DNA of 49,831 bases from Bacillota bacterium (GTDB lineage: Bacteria > Bacillota > GCA-003054495 > Carboxydocellales > JAJZTU01): the NCBI GenBank assembly GCA_021848765.1, contig JAJZTU010000002.1, forward strand, positions 1 through 49,831. The letters are read 5' to 3'. Shown here piece by piece: positions 36,796 through 44,799 of the stretch (the first letter of the stretch is position 1; every line of letters starts with the position of its first letter). Both the position numbers and the translations under genes were made by a program. The notes below the pieces were generated by a model. It ran no database searches and was not told the DNA's origin. It was given only the letters and a program-made list of their open reading frames with translations.

Positions 36796-37893
36796 TTATC
36801 CCTCCAGCGGGTATTTCCCGTATTTTTTGATTGCATTGGACATAGCCCATACATTCTCAACTTTACAATAATCAGTTAAGCTGTTGGCACTGCTGATAAT
36901 ATAACCACCGCCGGGTCCAGCTGTAAGAATGCGGTTACGTACTTCTGCATCCACTTCTTCTTCAGTGCCAAGGGGCAGGGTATAATCCAAATCAATATTA
37001 CCAACAATACAAACTCGATGTCCGTATTCTTTTTTCATTTTGCCAATGTCCATAGCTGCAGGTTGAAGAGGGTGAATAGCGGTCATTCCCAGGCTCAGCA
37101 AATCTTCCATAATGGGAAAAAGGTTACCGTCACTGTGGAAAATCCATGGTTTTTTTATACGTTCAGCTACGATACGCATATTAGGCAAAAAACATTCGCG
37201 AAATATTTTGGGTGACATGAAGGGTCCATGGTTACCTGCCAAGTCATCATTGCACCAAAAGAAGTCAAAATCCATTTCATTTAGATGGTCTACAACCTGG
37301 GCCGACCACTCCGAAAAACGCAAGTGAATCTTTTTAATTAGTTCCGGGTTATCCACGGTAGCATAACTAAATTCATCCAAACCCATACTCTCAAGGGTCG
37401 AAGATGCGCCCAGCCGTATGCGGGCAAAGACCGCATAATCCCCTTTATATTGTTTGATCCATTCAGCTACCTTCTCATACCTGGCAGGATGATGGGGATC
37501 TGGTAAAAATTCATCGAATAAAGCAAGCGATTCTTCTGAAACCAGCAGCCCTTTTTCAATGTAAGTACGTCCTGTGTCCTGATCCGCACCCATTTTAGCA
37601 ATCCAGGGAGGGACGAAATCGAAGGTGACTTTCTTAGGATAATAGTAGCTCTCTTTATAGGTTTCTTTAGTCTGCATAGCTTGACCATCTGAAGCTTGTC
37701 CCATAGGATAGTGAGCGCCAAAAGCGCTAAGACCAAGCTTTTCACATAGCTCCGGGGGAGTAAAATTCGCTGTCCCCATAATTTGTACCTGTAATGCTTC
37801 TTCAATATCATTTTCTACCCAGGGAACCTGATCCGGTACTCCTCTGTTCAGAGCTGTTAACACGCGTTCGCGGGGCGTCATGCTCATTTTCAT
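36796..37893 (-). CDS. uroporphyrinogen-decarboxylase-family (URO-D/MtaA/MtvB-like) methyltransferase
   Basis: At 365 aa it has the length and TIM-barrel pattern of URO-D-family corrinoid methyltransferases (…FFWCNDDLAGN…IFHSDGN…). It is translationally coupled to the corrinoid protein gene. Confidence 0.8.
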   Translation of the reverse strand: MKMSMTPRERVLTALNRGVPDQVPWVENDIEEALQVQIMGTANFTPPELCEKLGLSAFGAHYPMGQASDGQAMQTKETYKESYYYPKKVTFDFVPPWIAKMGADQDTGRTYIEKGLLVSEESLALFDEFLPDPHHPARYEKVAEWIKQYKGDYAVFARIRLGASSTLESMGLDEFSYATVDNPELIKKIHLRFSEWSAQVVDHLNEMDFDFFWCNDDLAGNHGPFMSPKIFRECFLPNMRIVAERIKKPWIFHSDGNLFPIMEDLLSLGMTAIHPLQPAAMDIGKMKKEYGHRVCIVGNIDLDYTLPLGTEEEVDAEVRNRILTAGPGGGYIISSANSLTDYCKVENVWAMSNAIKKYGKYPLEG

Positions 37894-37956
37894 TCCTCCT
37901 AATCGTTATTGGCTAATAATAAATAGTGCTGCTTACTTGAAACCGCTTCATCCTTC

Positions 37957-38007
37957 AACGACTACCTAACGACTTAAAAACGACTACCTAACGACTTAAA
38001 TACGATA
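37957..38007. repeat. heptamer AACGACT (minus AGTCGTT) repeated four times at an exact 11-bp period, plus a degenerate fifth copy
   Basis: Copies start at 37957, 37968, 37979 and 37990, with TACGATA at 38001. Equivalently this is 2.2 copies of a 22-nt unit. The array lies in the 131-nt spacer between DUF1638 and the URO-D methyltransferase. Confidence 0.95.
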
Positions 38008-38024
38008 TTACTCACCTCCTTTGA

Positions 38025-38690
38025 TTAATCTTTGAACATTTCATCGTCTGCGGGAATATCCCCGTCAATAACGACAAAATCCTCATCCCAAGGCCCAAAC
38101 AGCAACTTCTTTAAATAGTCGAAACCACCATTCATTTCTTCATACTGTAATTTAAAGAATCGGGCAAATTCAGTTACATACTGTTTACTGGGTTCATGAA
38201 CTTGACCGGAAGTTCTAATCAACACTGTGCGCTGATAATTTTTCATACATTCCCAGGCTGCCCAAAGAGCTGTATCCTCGCCATACTTGTCAACTGACCT
38301 GTGATACTCTTTCAGAGGATCTTCCGCCGCTTCTATCCAGCCCCTGGTAAAGTAATAGGTGCCCGGGTTTTGATGAAACTCCCGGTAGTACTTAGCTCTG
38401 GAGCCCATAGAAATACCAATGCAGTCATCAATTCTTGGAATAATCATCTTCTGATGAGGTGCAGCCCGAAGTCCAATTACAGCTCTACTGCACAACCCGT
38501 ATCCCAACAGAAGTACGGAATACCCACAAGACTCGTCAATGGTCTTTTGAAGCTGTTCAGCAAGCATCTTAGGGGTACGGTGTAACCCCTGTTCCAGATA
38601 AATAAAGTCATAATGTACTTCTCCCAAGGATTCAATTTGGTTCTTTAATACATCGCAAGCTATAACTAGAGTGCGGTTAGCTGCTCCCAA
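38025..38690 (-). CDS. DUF1638-family protein (function unknown)
   Basis: 221 aa. LVIACDVL...LEQGLHRTPKML...LLGYGLCS...IPRIDDCI matches my recollection of DUF1638, a family seen next to corrinoid methyltransferase genes. It uses a TTG start after GGAGATGA. Confidence 0.6.
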   Translation of the reverse strand: MGAANRTLVIACDVLKNQIESLGEVHYDFIYLEQGLHRTPKMLAEQLQKTIDESCGYSVLLLGYGLCSRAVIGLRAAPHQKMIIPRIDDCIGISMGSRAKYYREFHQNPGTYYFTRGWIEAAEDPLKEYHRSVDKYGEDTALWAAWECMKNYQRTVLIRTSGQVHEPSKQYVTEFARFFKLQYEEMNGGFDYLKKLLFGPWDEDFVVIDGDIPADDEMFKD

Positions 38691-38770
38691 GGACGATCAT
38701 CTCCAGTCTTGCTTATCGCCGACCCCTTCACACAGGTTAAATTCGAACAATTTTATCAGCATTCCTAAGC

Positions 38771-39565
38771 TCATGCTTTTATCTTGCCTGCTCGCACCCC
38801 TGCAATGTAATCCATGCAATATTCATCCTGGCCGGATAAGCTCCTGGAAGCAGCCAGCAAAGACATAATGGTCTGATCCAGGGGATCCAGAATAAAAGCA
38901 TCCATTCGCATGGCTACACTCATAACCATAAATACCCGATTCAACAGTTTGCGCTCCGGCAGTCCGTAGGAAACATTCGACAGCCCAGAAACCAAATGAA
39001 CTCCAGGATATTTTTGACGCAGAGCACGGGTGCTCTCCAGGATCTCGACGCCAAAGTTATGATTTACCCCCAGGGGCTTAACCAAAGGGTCTAGGTAGAT
39101 ATCATCTTCTGAGATTCCCGCTGCAGTTAACCCTGTTACTAATTGATCGGCTACCCGTAAGCGATCTTCCACCGATTCGGGCATACCCTTGCTGTCCATG
39201 CAGAGAGCTATAACTTTGGTTTTATATTGCTTTACCAAGGGCAACACCTCTTCCCACCGTTCATTTTCGGCGGAAATGGAATTTATCATAGGCTTTTGCC
39301 GGCAAAGTTCCAAACCAACCTTAATTGCAGCCGGGTTCGGGCTATCAATACATAAGGGAACATCAACAACCTCCTGGACAAGTTCCACCAACCATTGCAT
39401 ATTCTCAATTTCATTGCCACCAGCAGCAGCATTAACGTCGATAAAGTGAGCACCTGCTTCCACCTGGCGGCGCGCAAGGTCTTTTAAGTATACTTCATCC
39501 CTCTGCTCAATCGCTTGTGCTATGGCCTTACGTGTAGAGTTAATGAGTTCACCTATAACTATCAC
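38771..39565 (-). CDS. pterin-binding methyltransferase (methyl-corrinoid:tetrahydrofolate, AcsE/MtvA/MtgA-like)
   Basis: 264 aa with a DHPS-like pterin-binding barrel (FIDVNAA, PLCIDSPNP, MINSIS, GLSNVSYGLPER). It uses a GTG start after AAAGGAGG. Confidence 0.88.
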   Translation of the reverse strand: MIVIGELINSTRKAIAQAIEQRDEVYLKDLARRQVEAGAHFIDVNAAAGGNEIENMQWLVELVQEVVDVPLCIDSPNPAAIKVGLELCRQKPMINSISAENERWEEVLPLVKQYKTKVIALCMDSKGMPESVEDRLRVADQLVTGLTAAGISEDDIYLDPLVKPLGVNHNFGVEILESTRALRQKYPGVHLVSGLSNVSYGLPERKLLNRVFMVMSVAMRMDAFILDPLDQTIMSLLAASRSLSGQDEYCMDYIAGVRAGKIKA

Positions 39566-39671
39566 TTAAAATATACCTCCTTTTATCTAGCCCTGATATG
39601 GAAGGGTATGAACGCGGTAACTTATAGCAATAAATAAGGTTTGGTTATAACCGGTCTCGGCCTAATCTAGC

Positions 39672-39687
39672 TGCAAAAGTCATACCA
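39672..39687 (-). promoter_or_regulatory. sigma-54 (-24/-12) promoter TGGTATGACTTTTGCA
   Basis: It matches TGGCACG-N4-TTGCW at 14 of 16 positions, including the invariant GG and GC at correct spacing. It lies about 105 nt upstream of the first operon gene and downstream of a sigma-54 activator gene. Confidence 0.75.
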
Positions 39688-39889
39688 ATTCAAAAACCTG
39701 AATTTCCAGACCTTTCTGTTAACATAGTGATTCCACAGTTAATCACCAGTGTATTATTAAACCGAAATATATCTTTATCTAAATATATAAAACTATCAGG
39801 ATTTCCGATCCGATTCAAATTATACTCGCCCGAATAAATTTTGAATCACTTTAGTCAACAATCCCGGTGAGGGTCTGTGTATAAAGCGC

Positions 39890-39916
39890 ATAAAAAAAAG
39901 GCCTAACCTAGGCCTT
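39890..39916 (-). terminator. rho-independent terminator of the activator gene
   Basis: AAGGCCT-AGGTT-AGGCCTT followed by TTTTTTTT, immediately after the stop codon. Confidence 0.8.
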
Positions 39917-41638
39917 TTAACAGCTATTGCTATCAATTCCGTATTTAGTCATTTTTTTGACAATACTAGACTGGCTAATCCCAAGACTTGCAGCTGCTTT
40001 GCGAGTACTTCTAAATTTGTGATATGCTTGAGTAATTAGCCGCTTTTCCTCTCTCTCCAAGGCCGTTTTTAACAAGGTTAAGTCCTGGCCGCCCTGCTCA
40101 GCCATGGAATCTGGGATACCCGAAACCAACTCAATGCAATCATCACGACAGGTAACCACCCATCGCTCAATGGTATTTTCCAACTCACGAATATTCCCCG
40201 GCCAATCGTAATTCAAAAGACGTTCCATCGCATCGGGATGGATCCATTTCTGATAATTATATTGCTTGTTAAACTTGCCTAAAAACTCTGCTACTAGCGG
40301 AAAAATGTCTTCCTTGCGGTCTCGCAGGGGAGGTAATAAAATTGGGACAACGTTCAGGCGATAAAACAGGTCCGCGCGAAAAGTTTTATTTTTTACCATT
40401 TCCTGCAGGTCCCTATTGGTAGCGGCAATAATGCGTACATCCAGACTAATAGCTTTTTTGCCACCAATCCTGGTGATTTCCTTATCTTGAAGCGCCCGTA
40501 GAATTTTTACCTGCAGATCAAGGGGTAGTTCCCCTACTTCATCAAGGAATAGGGTCCCACCCTGAGCCAGTTCAAATAAACCAAGTTTTCCTTCTTTAAG
40601 CGCCCCGGTAAAGGCTCCCGGTTCATACCCGAATAACTCGGATTCAAGTAAATTAGCAGGAATCGCCCCACAGTTTATTTTAATAAATGCTTTTTTTCCC
40701 CGCTTGCTGGCCCGATGAATAAGTTGAGCAATCAGTTCTTTACCTACTCCGGACTCACCCAGAATCAGGACAGTTGAATCAACACGTGCTACATGAAAGG
40801 CTAAATCAAGCTTTTGTTTCATCACCGGGTTATTGGTTATGATTTTGCGAAATGACTGTTGGGATCGTAAATGTTCCAATTCTTGATAATACCGGTTCCT
40901 AATCTCTTCGCTTTCAGCAAGTTGTTCCTTCAATAAACTTAATTCAGTAACATCTCGAATAGCAGTAACCACACGCACCAGTTCACCGGCTTCATTATAA
41001 ACAGGGTTACCTGTAAGTAAAAGTTCTTTACTGTTTCTTATGTCGATAATAGTAACACGCGAATTCCTTTCCACCACCATTTCGGTAACTGAGCGACGCA
41101 TGTAACCTTCTTTAACTAATTCCCGCACGTGCTTACCTACAAATTCCTGAGTTGTAATCCCTGTCATTCGTTGATAAGCATTATTAGCCCGTAATATAAA
41201 ACCATTTCTATCGGCTACAACAATCCCGTCATCAACCGACTCTATGATAGCATCTAATTCTTTGTTCATGGCTTTTACAGTATCCAATTGGTGAGAAAGT
41301 TCCTCAAAATCCGAAATATCTTGAAATACGCCTACGGCTCCGATAGTTTCTTTACCACGCCTAATCGGGCTGCGGTTGGAAATAATTACTCGATTCCTAA
41401 TAGTCATACGTTGGCTAAGTTCTGCCCGCCCGCTCTCCATAACCTCCAAGAGCTTGGTATTAGGAATAACTTTATCCACCCTCTTCCCCAGAGCATGATC
41501 CTGTGGATAATCCATGATTTGCGAAGCTGCTTTGTTGAAAACTACGATCTGTCCCGCTCGGTTTATTGCAATAATGCCATTGTGCGTAGAATCCAGAATC
41601 TCACGCCAATAGGTTATTTCCAATTCGGGATAGGGCAT
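39917..41638 (-). CDS. sigma-54-dependent transcriptional activator (PAS-PAS-AAA+-Fis HTH)
   Basis: 573 aa. Two PAS-like sensor repeats are followed by a Walker A (GESGVGKE), the GAFTGA motif (EPGAFTGA), an R-finger region and a C-terminal HTH (AAASLGISQSSIVKK). Confidence 0.93.
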   Translation of the reverse strand: MPYPELEITYWREILDSTHNGIIAINRAGQIVVFNKAASQIMDYPQDHALGKRVDKVIPNTKLLEVMESGRAELSQRMTIRNRVIISNRSPIRRGKETIGAVGVFQDISDFEELSHQLDTVKAMNKELDAIIESVDDGIVVADRNGFILRANNAYQRMTGITTQEFVGKHVRELVKEGYMRRSVTEMVVERNSRVTIIDIRNSKELLLTGNPVYNEAGELVRVVTAIRDVTELSLLKEQLAESEEIRNRYYQELEHLRSQQSFRKIITNNPVMKQKLDLAFHVARVDSTVLILGESGVGKELIAQLIHRASKRGKKAFIKINCGAIPANLLESELFGYEPGAFTGALKEGKLGLFELAQGGTLFLDEVGELPLDLQVKILRALQDKEITRIGGKKAISLDVRIIAATNRDLQEMVKNKTFRADLFYRLNVVPILLPPLRDRKEDIFPLVAEFLGKFNKQYNYQKWIHPDAMERLLNYDWPGNIRELENTIERWVVTCRDDCIELVSGIPDSMAEQGGQDLTLLKTALEREEKRLITQAYHKFRSTRKAAASLGISQSSIVKKMTKYGIDSNSC

Positions 41639-41946
41639 ATCTTTCCACCTCGCTTTTTATTTCGCATGTAGTTCGACAACTTTCAACTTCGCCAGTTTTT
41701 CCTTCAAAAATGTTAACAAACATCCTCCCTGATTGTCCAAATCCTAATGATAAGGAGCATAAGTATCGACAAGCTTACCACAGAATCTGCATTTTTTCAA
41801 GTGTTTTGAAAGAACAAATCGTGTTTGTATTATTGTTATATCCTTATCCATTGGGGTGCTGGGGCCTGATTCTGTTATGCTGAACCCGACTTTGACAGTA
41901 AATAGGGTATTTTGACTACCCTGTGGCTACAAAAGCCAGTAAAATT

Positions 41947-42006
41947 GGGCTGTAGACAAGAGAGGTCAGGAGCGAAAAAGTTCCCAACCTCTCTTGTCTA
42001 CAGCCC
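41947..42006. repeat. perfect 20-bp inverted repeat with a 20-nt loop
   Basis: GGGCTGTAGACAAGAGAGGT (41947-41966) pairs with ACCTCTCTTGTCTACAGCCC (41987-42006). It lies about 90 nt downstream of the oxidoreductase operon stop and is followed on the minus strand by AATTTTACTGGCTTTTG. Confidence 0.9.
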
Positions 42007-42098
42007 ATCAAACACGGTTTTGTCAGCAATCCGAGCGGACTCTCCCTGTAACCGGGAAGAGGCCGCTTTATAGTCCGTACCTCATCTAAGCCTGGCTT

Positions 42099-42353
42099 CT
42101 ACTTCTCTTTTTCCTTCTTTTCCACCAGCAGGGCGGTATCCGGGCACACGGTCTGGCAAATCCCGCAGGCGATGCATTTTTGGGGGTCAGCAATTACTGA
42201 AGGTGTACCATAGACACCCAAAGTCTCGGACCAGGTAATGCAATCAACCGGACATTTTTCAACACACAGGCCACAGCCTTTGCACAGGCTGGGGAAAACA
42301 GCCCAAAATCCCTTTTCAGCTTCAACCCGATCATATTTTCTGGCTTCAGTCAT
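42099..42353 (-). CDS. 2-oxoacid:ferredoxin oxidoreductase delta subunit (2x[4Fe-4S] ferredoxin)
   Basis: 84 aa with CKGCGLCVEKCP and CIACGICQTVCP motifs. Confidence 0.9.
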   Translation of the reverse strand: MTEARKYDRVEAEKGFWAVFPSLCKGCGLCVEKCPVDCITWSETLGVYGTPSVIADPQKCIACGICQTVCPDTALLVEKKEKEK

Positions 42354-42365
42354 CCTTGAGCCTCC

Positions 42366-42932
42366 TTACTGTGCCTTTTGTACGAGGTCAATGCCCCGTT
42401 CCAAAGCGCCAAAGTTCAATTCTCTCAACTTGGGGTTCTCCTGGAACTTGTAGCCCAATTTTTCTTCGATAGCGGCCTTAACCCGGTCAAGGGGCACTAC
42501 ACCGGTAGCCCCAATAACCGCACCCATAATCAAGATGTTGAAAACCCGGGGATGAAATTCTTCTTTGGATACCTCAATAGCAGGAATAGCCAGGACCCTG
42601 CCGGCGTTCTTGGGCAGTTGGTCCTCAATCCCTTCAATGGAGGTATCATAGACAAAAGTAGTGTTTCCGTCTACATAGCGCTGGGTCCGGAGTACCGCCC
42701 GTTCACTGAGGGCAACAACAATGTCTCCCTTTTGGAACTTGGGAGATCCGATAGCTTCGTCGGAAATCTGGAGGTAGGCTACAGAAACCCCACCCCGCTG
42801 CTCCACACCAAAGTTAGGAATATAAAGGGCTTCCCGGCCCTCGGTATTGGCGGCTTCCGCCAGGATTTCTGCGACCGACTGGACGCCCTGACCCCCTTCG
42901 CCCGCCAAAACAATTTTGACAGCTTTAGCCAT
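42366..42932 (-). CDS. 2-oxoacid:ferredoxin oxidoreductase gamma subunit
   Basis: 188 aa starting VLAGEGGQGVQS, the typical POR/KOR gamma N-terminus. Confidence 0.9.
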   Translation of the reverse strand: MAKAVKIVLAGEGGQGVQSVAEILAEAANTEGREALYIPNFGVEQRGGVSVAYLQISDEAIGSPKFQKGDIVVALSERAVLRTQRYVDGNTTFVYDTSIEGIEDQLPKNAGRVLAIPAIEVSKEEFHPRVFNILIMGAVIGATGVVPLDRVKAAIEEKLGYKFQENPKLRELNFGALERGIDLVQKAQ

Positions 42933-42937
42933 TGCGC

Positions 42938-43690
42938 CTACGCCTCCTTTTTTTGACCAGGTGCTTTAATTTCGCCCACCTTAAAGTACTTGGTCATTTC
43001 TTTTTCCACGAACTCCCAGGTCTTGGCAGCATTGGTCCGCCAGTTGGTGGGACAGGTGGAAAGAGCTTCAACAAAGGAAAAGCCATTTCCGGCCATCTGG
43101 TTTTCCAAAGCTTTCTTCAGGAAACCCTTAAGTTGACGTAAGTTGGCAACTGTTCCCCTAGCCACATAAGCTCCGTCCTGGGTAATAGCAGCAACTGCCT
43201 CCGGGCCCTGAGTGGGGTAACCGGCTTGTTCTATATCCCGGCCATAAGGAGATGTCTCGGTCTTTTGCCCGGGCAGGGTAGTAGGAGCCATCTGACCGCC
43301 GGTCATACCGTATTGAGTGTTGTTGACCAAAACGGCTAAAATCCGCTCATTCCGGGCAGCAGCATTAAAGAGGTGCTGGGAACCGATAGCGTAACCGCCC
43401 CCGTCACCCATGTAAGCAATACAAACCAGATCAGGGTTGGCCCGTTTAACACCGGTTACCACAGGGGTAGTCCGGCCATGGTGGGTCTGCACTGTATCAC
43501 AGTTAAAGAAATCCCAGGCCAGCAGGGAGCAGCCGATATCGGCGCCAAATACCACTTTATCCTGGATACCCAGTTCATCTATAGCCTCTCCCAGAGCTTT
43601 TAATACTAAGCCGTGACCGCAGCCAGGGCAGAATTTATGCGGTTTGGATTCTTCACGCCAGCATTTGGGCATGCGCGGTGCAACTGACAT
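42938..43690 (-). CDS. 2-oxoacid:ferredoxin oxidoreductase beta subunit (ThDP-binding)
   Basis: FCPGCGHG and GDGG.YAIG are the ThDP motifs. The ATG at 43690 follows AAGGAGG plus a 9-nt spacer. Confidence 0.9.
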   Translation of the reverse strand: MSVAPRMPKCWREESKPHKFCPGCGHGLVLKALGEAIDELGIQDKVVFGADIGCSLLAWDFFNCDTVQTHHGRTTPVVTGVKRANPDLVCIAYMGDGGGYAIGSQHLFNAAARNERILAVLVNNTQYGMTGGQMAPTTLPGQKTETSPYGRDIEQAGYPTQGPEAVAAITQDGAYVARGTVANLRQLKGFLKKALENQMAGNGFSFVEALSTCPTNWRTNAAKTWEFVEKEMTKYFKVGEIKAPGQKKEA

Positions 43691-43713
43691 CACTAACAAC
43701 CTCCTTCCCTAAA

Positions 43714-44799
43714 TTAAAGGGTAGCTTTGATTTTAGCCACGATTTCTTCGGAAGTAACACCCACACCGGGTTTAAAAATAGTATCAATGGTAGCGGCAGA
43801 GCCATAAATGTTGGTCTGAACCAGCTTATTGAACTGGCCCAGGGCAGACTCGACCACCAGAAGTCTCTTGGCATTGTCGGCAACCTTGCGGAGCTGGTCG
43901 CCAGGGAAGGGACGCAGGGTAACCGGCCGGAAGTAGCCTACTTTATAGCCCGCACCGCGCAGTTCCAGCATAGCGCTTAGAGCAGCCCGGGATACAACAC
44001 CATGGGAGACAATGACGATTTCGGCATCGTCAACTTCCCTGGCATCAAATTCTACAATCTCAGGAGCTACGGAATCATATTCCTTAGCCATGGACATAAC
44101 AACTTCATACAATTCTTCCTCAGTGTTATAAGTATTTCTCATGTGGGTAACTTCCCTGTCTTTCCCGATGGAACCAGGCTTGCCCAGGTAAGGGGTAGGC
44201 TTAATGAGCTCTATGCCCCGGGCCTGGGGGTCATAAATGGTGACCGACTCTCTCATCTTGGCCTGATAGCCGTCACCAAGCACAAAGGTAGGGAAACGAT
44301 ACTTCCAGGCAGTATTAAATGCCTTAATGGTATAGTCAAAGAGGTCCTGGTGAGTTGCGGTAGAATATACCACCCGGAAGCCTTCACCGTTACCGCCATA
44401 GGTGGTCATGGTAACTTCCTGTTGAGAGTAGATAACAGTCGCAGTGGACGGGCCGCCGCGCTGCTGGATAACAAACACTGCGGGAATCCGCATCATTTCA
44501 GCCATGGACATGGGTTCCTGCATCAGGGTATTACCGGGTCCGGCAGTAGCGGTAAAGGCCTTGGCACCGGACAAAACCCCACCCAAGGTGGTGAAACCGG
44601 CGGAAAGTTCGTCCTCAGTCTGGAGGAACCGCTTACCGTACTTAGGAGCCATTCTGGTCCAGTAGTGCATGATTTCGTTCTGGGGAGTGATGGGATAACC
44701 GTACATGATGTCAGCCTCACCGGCAACAGCCGCATAGGCTACAACCTCGTTACCCGTCAAGAAAGCTTTTCTCTCGCCTTGGATTGGCTTTTCAGCCAT
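43714..44799 (-). CDS. 2-oxoacid:ferredoxin oxidoreductase alpha subunit (KorA/VorA-like)
   Basis: 361 aa with FLTGNEVVAYAAV...YGYPITPQNEI, the alpha-subunit signature. Whether the substrate is 2-oxoglutarate or another 2-oxoacid cannot be decided from sequence alone. Confidence 0.9.
   Translation of the reverse strand: MAEKPIQGERKAFLTGNEVVAYAAVAGEADIMYGYPITPQNEIMHYWTRMAPKYGKRFLQTEDELSAGFTTLGGVLSGAKAFTATAGPGNTLMQEPMSMAEMMRIPAVFVIQQRGGPSTATVIYSQQEVTMTTYGGNGEGFRVVYSTATHQDLFDYTIKAFNTAWKYRFPTFVLGDGYQAKMRESVTIYDPQARGIELIKPTPYLGKPGSIGKDREVTHMRNTYNTEEELYEVVMSMAKEYDSVAPEIVEFDAREVDDAEIVIVSHGVVSRAALSAMLELRGAGYKVGYFRPVTLRPFPGDQLRKVADNAKRLLVVESALGQFNKLVQTNIYGSAATIDTIFKPGVGVTSEEIVAKIKATL

Noticed and set aside
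36796-39565. In-frame UAG (pyrrolysine) or UGA (selenocysteine) recoding in the methyltransferase module
   Set aside because: All four ORFs are uninterrupted. The methyltransferases are URO-D and pterin-binding types rather than MttB/MtbB/MtmB types, and there are no pyl or sel genes in the window.
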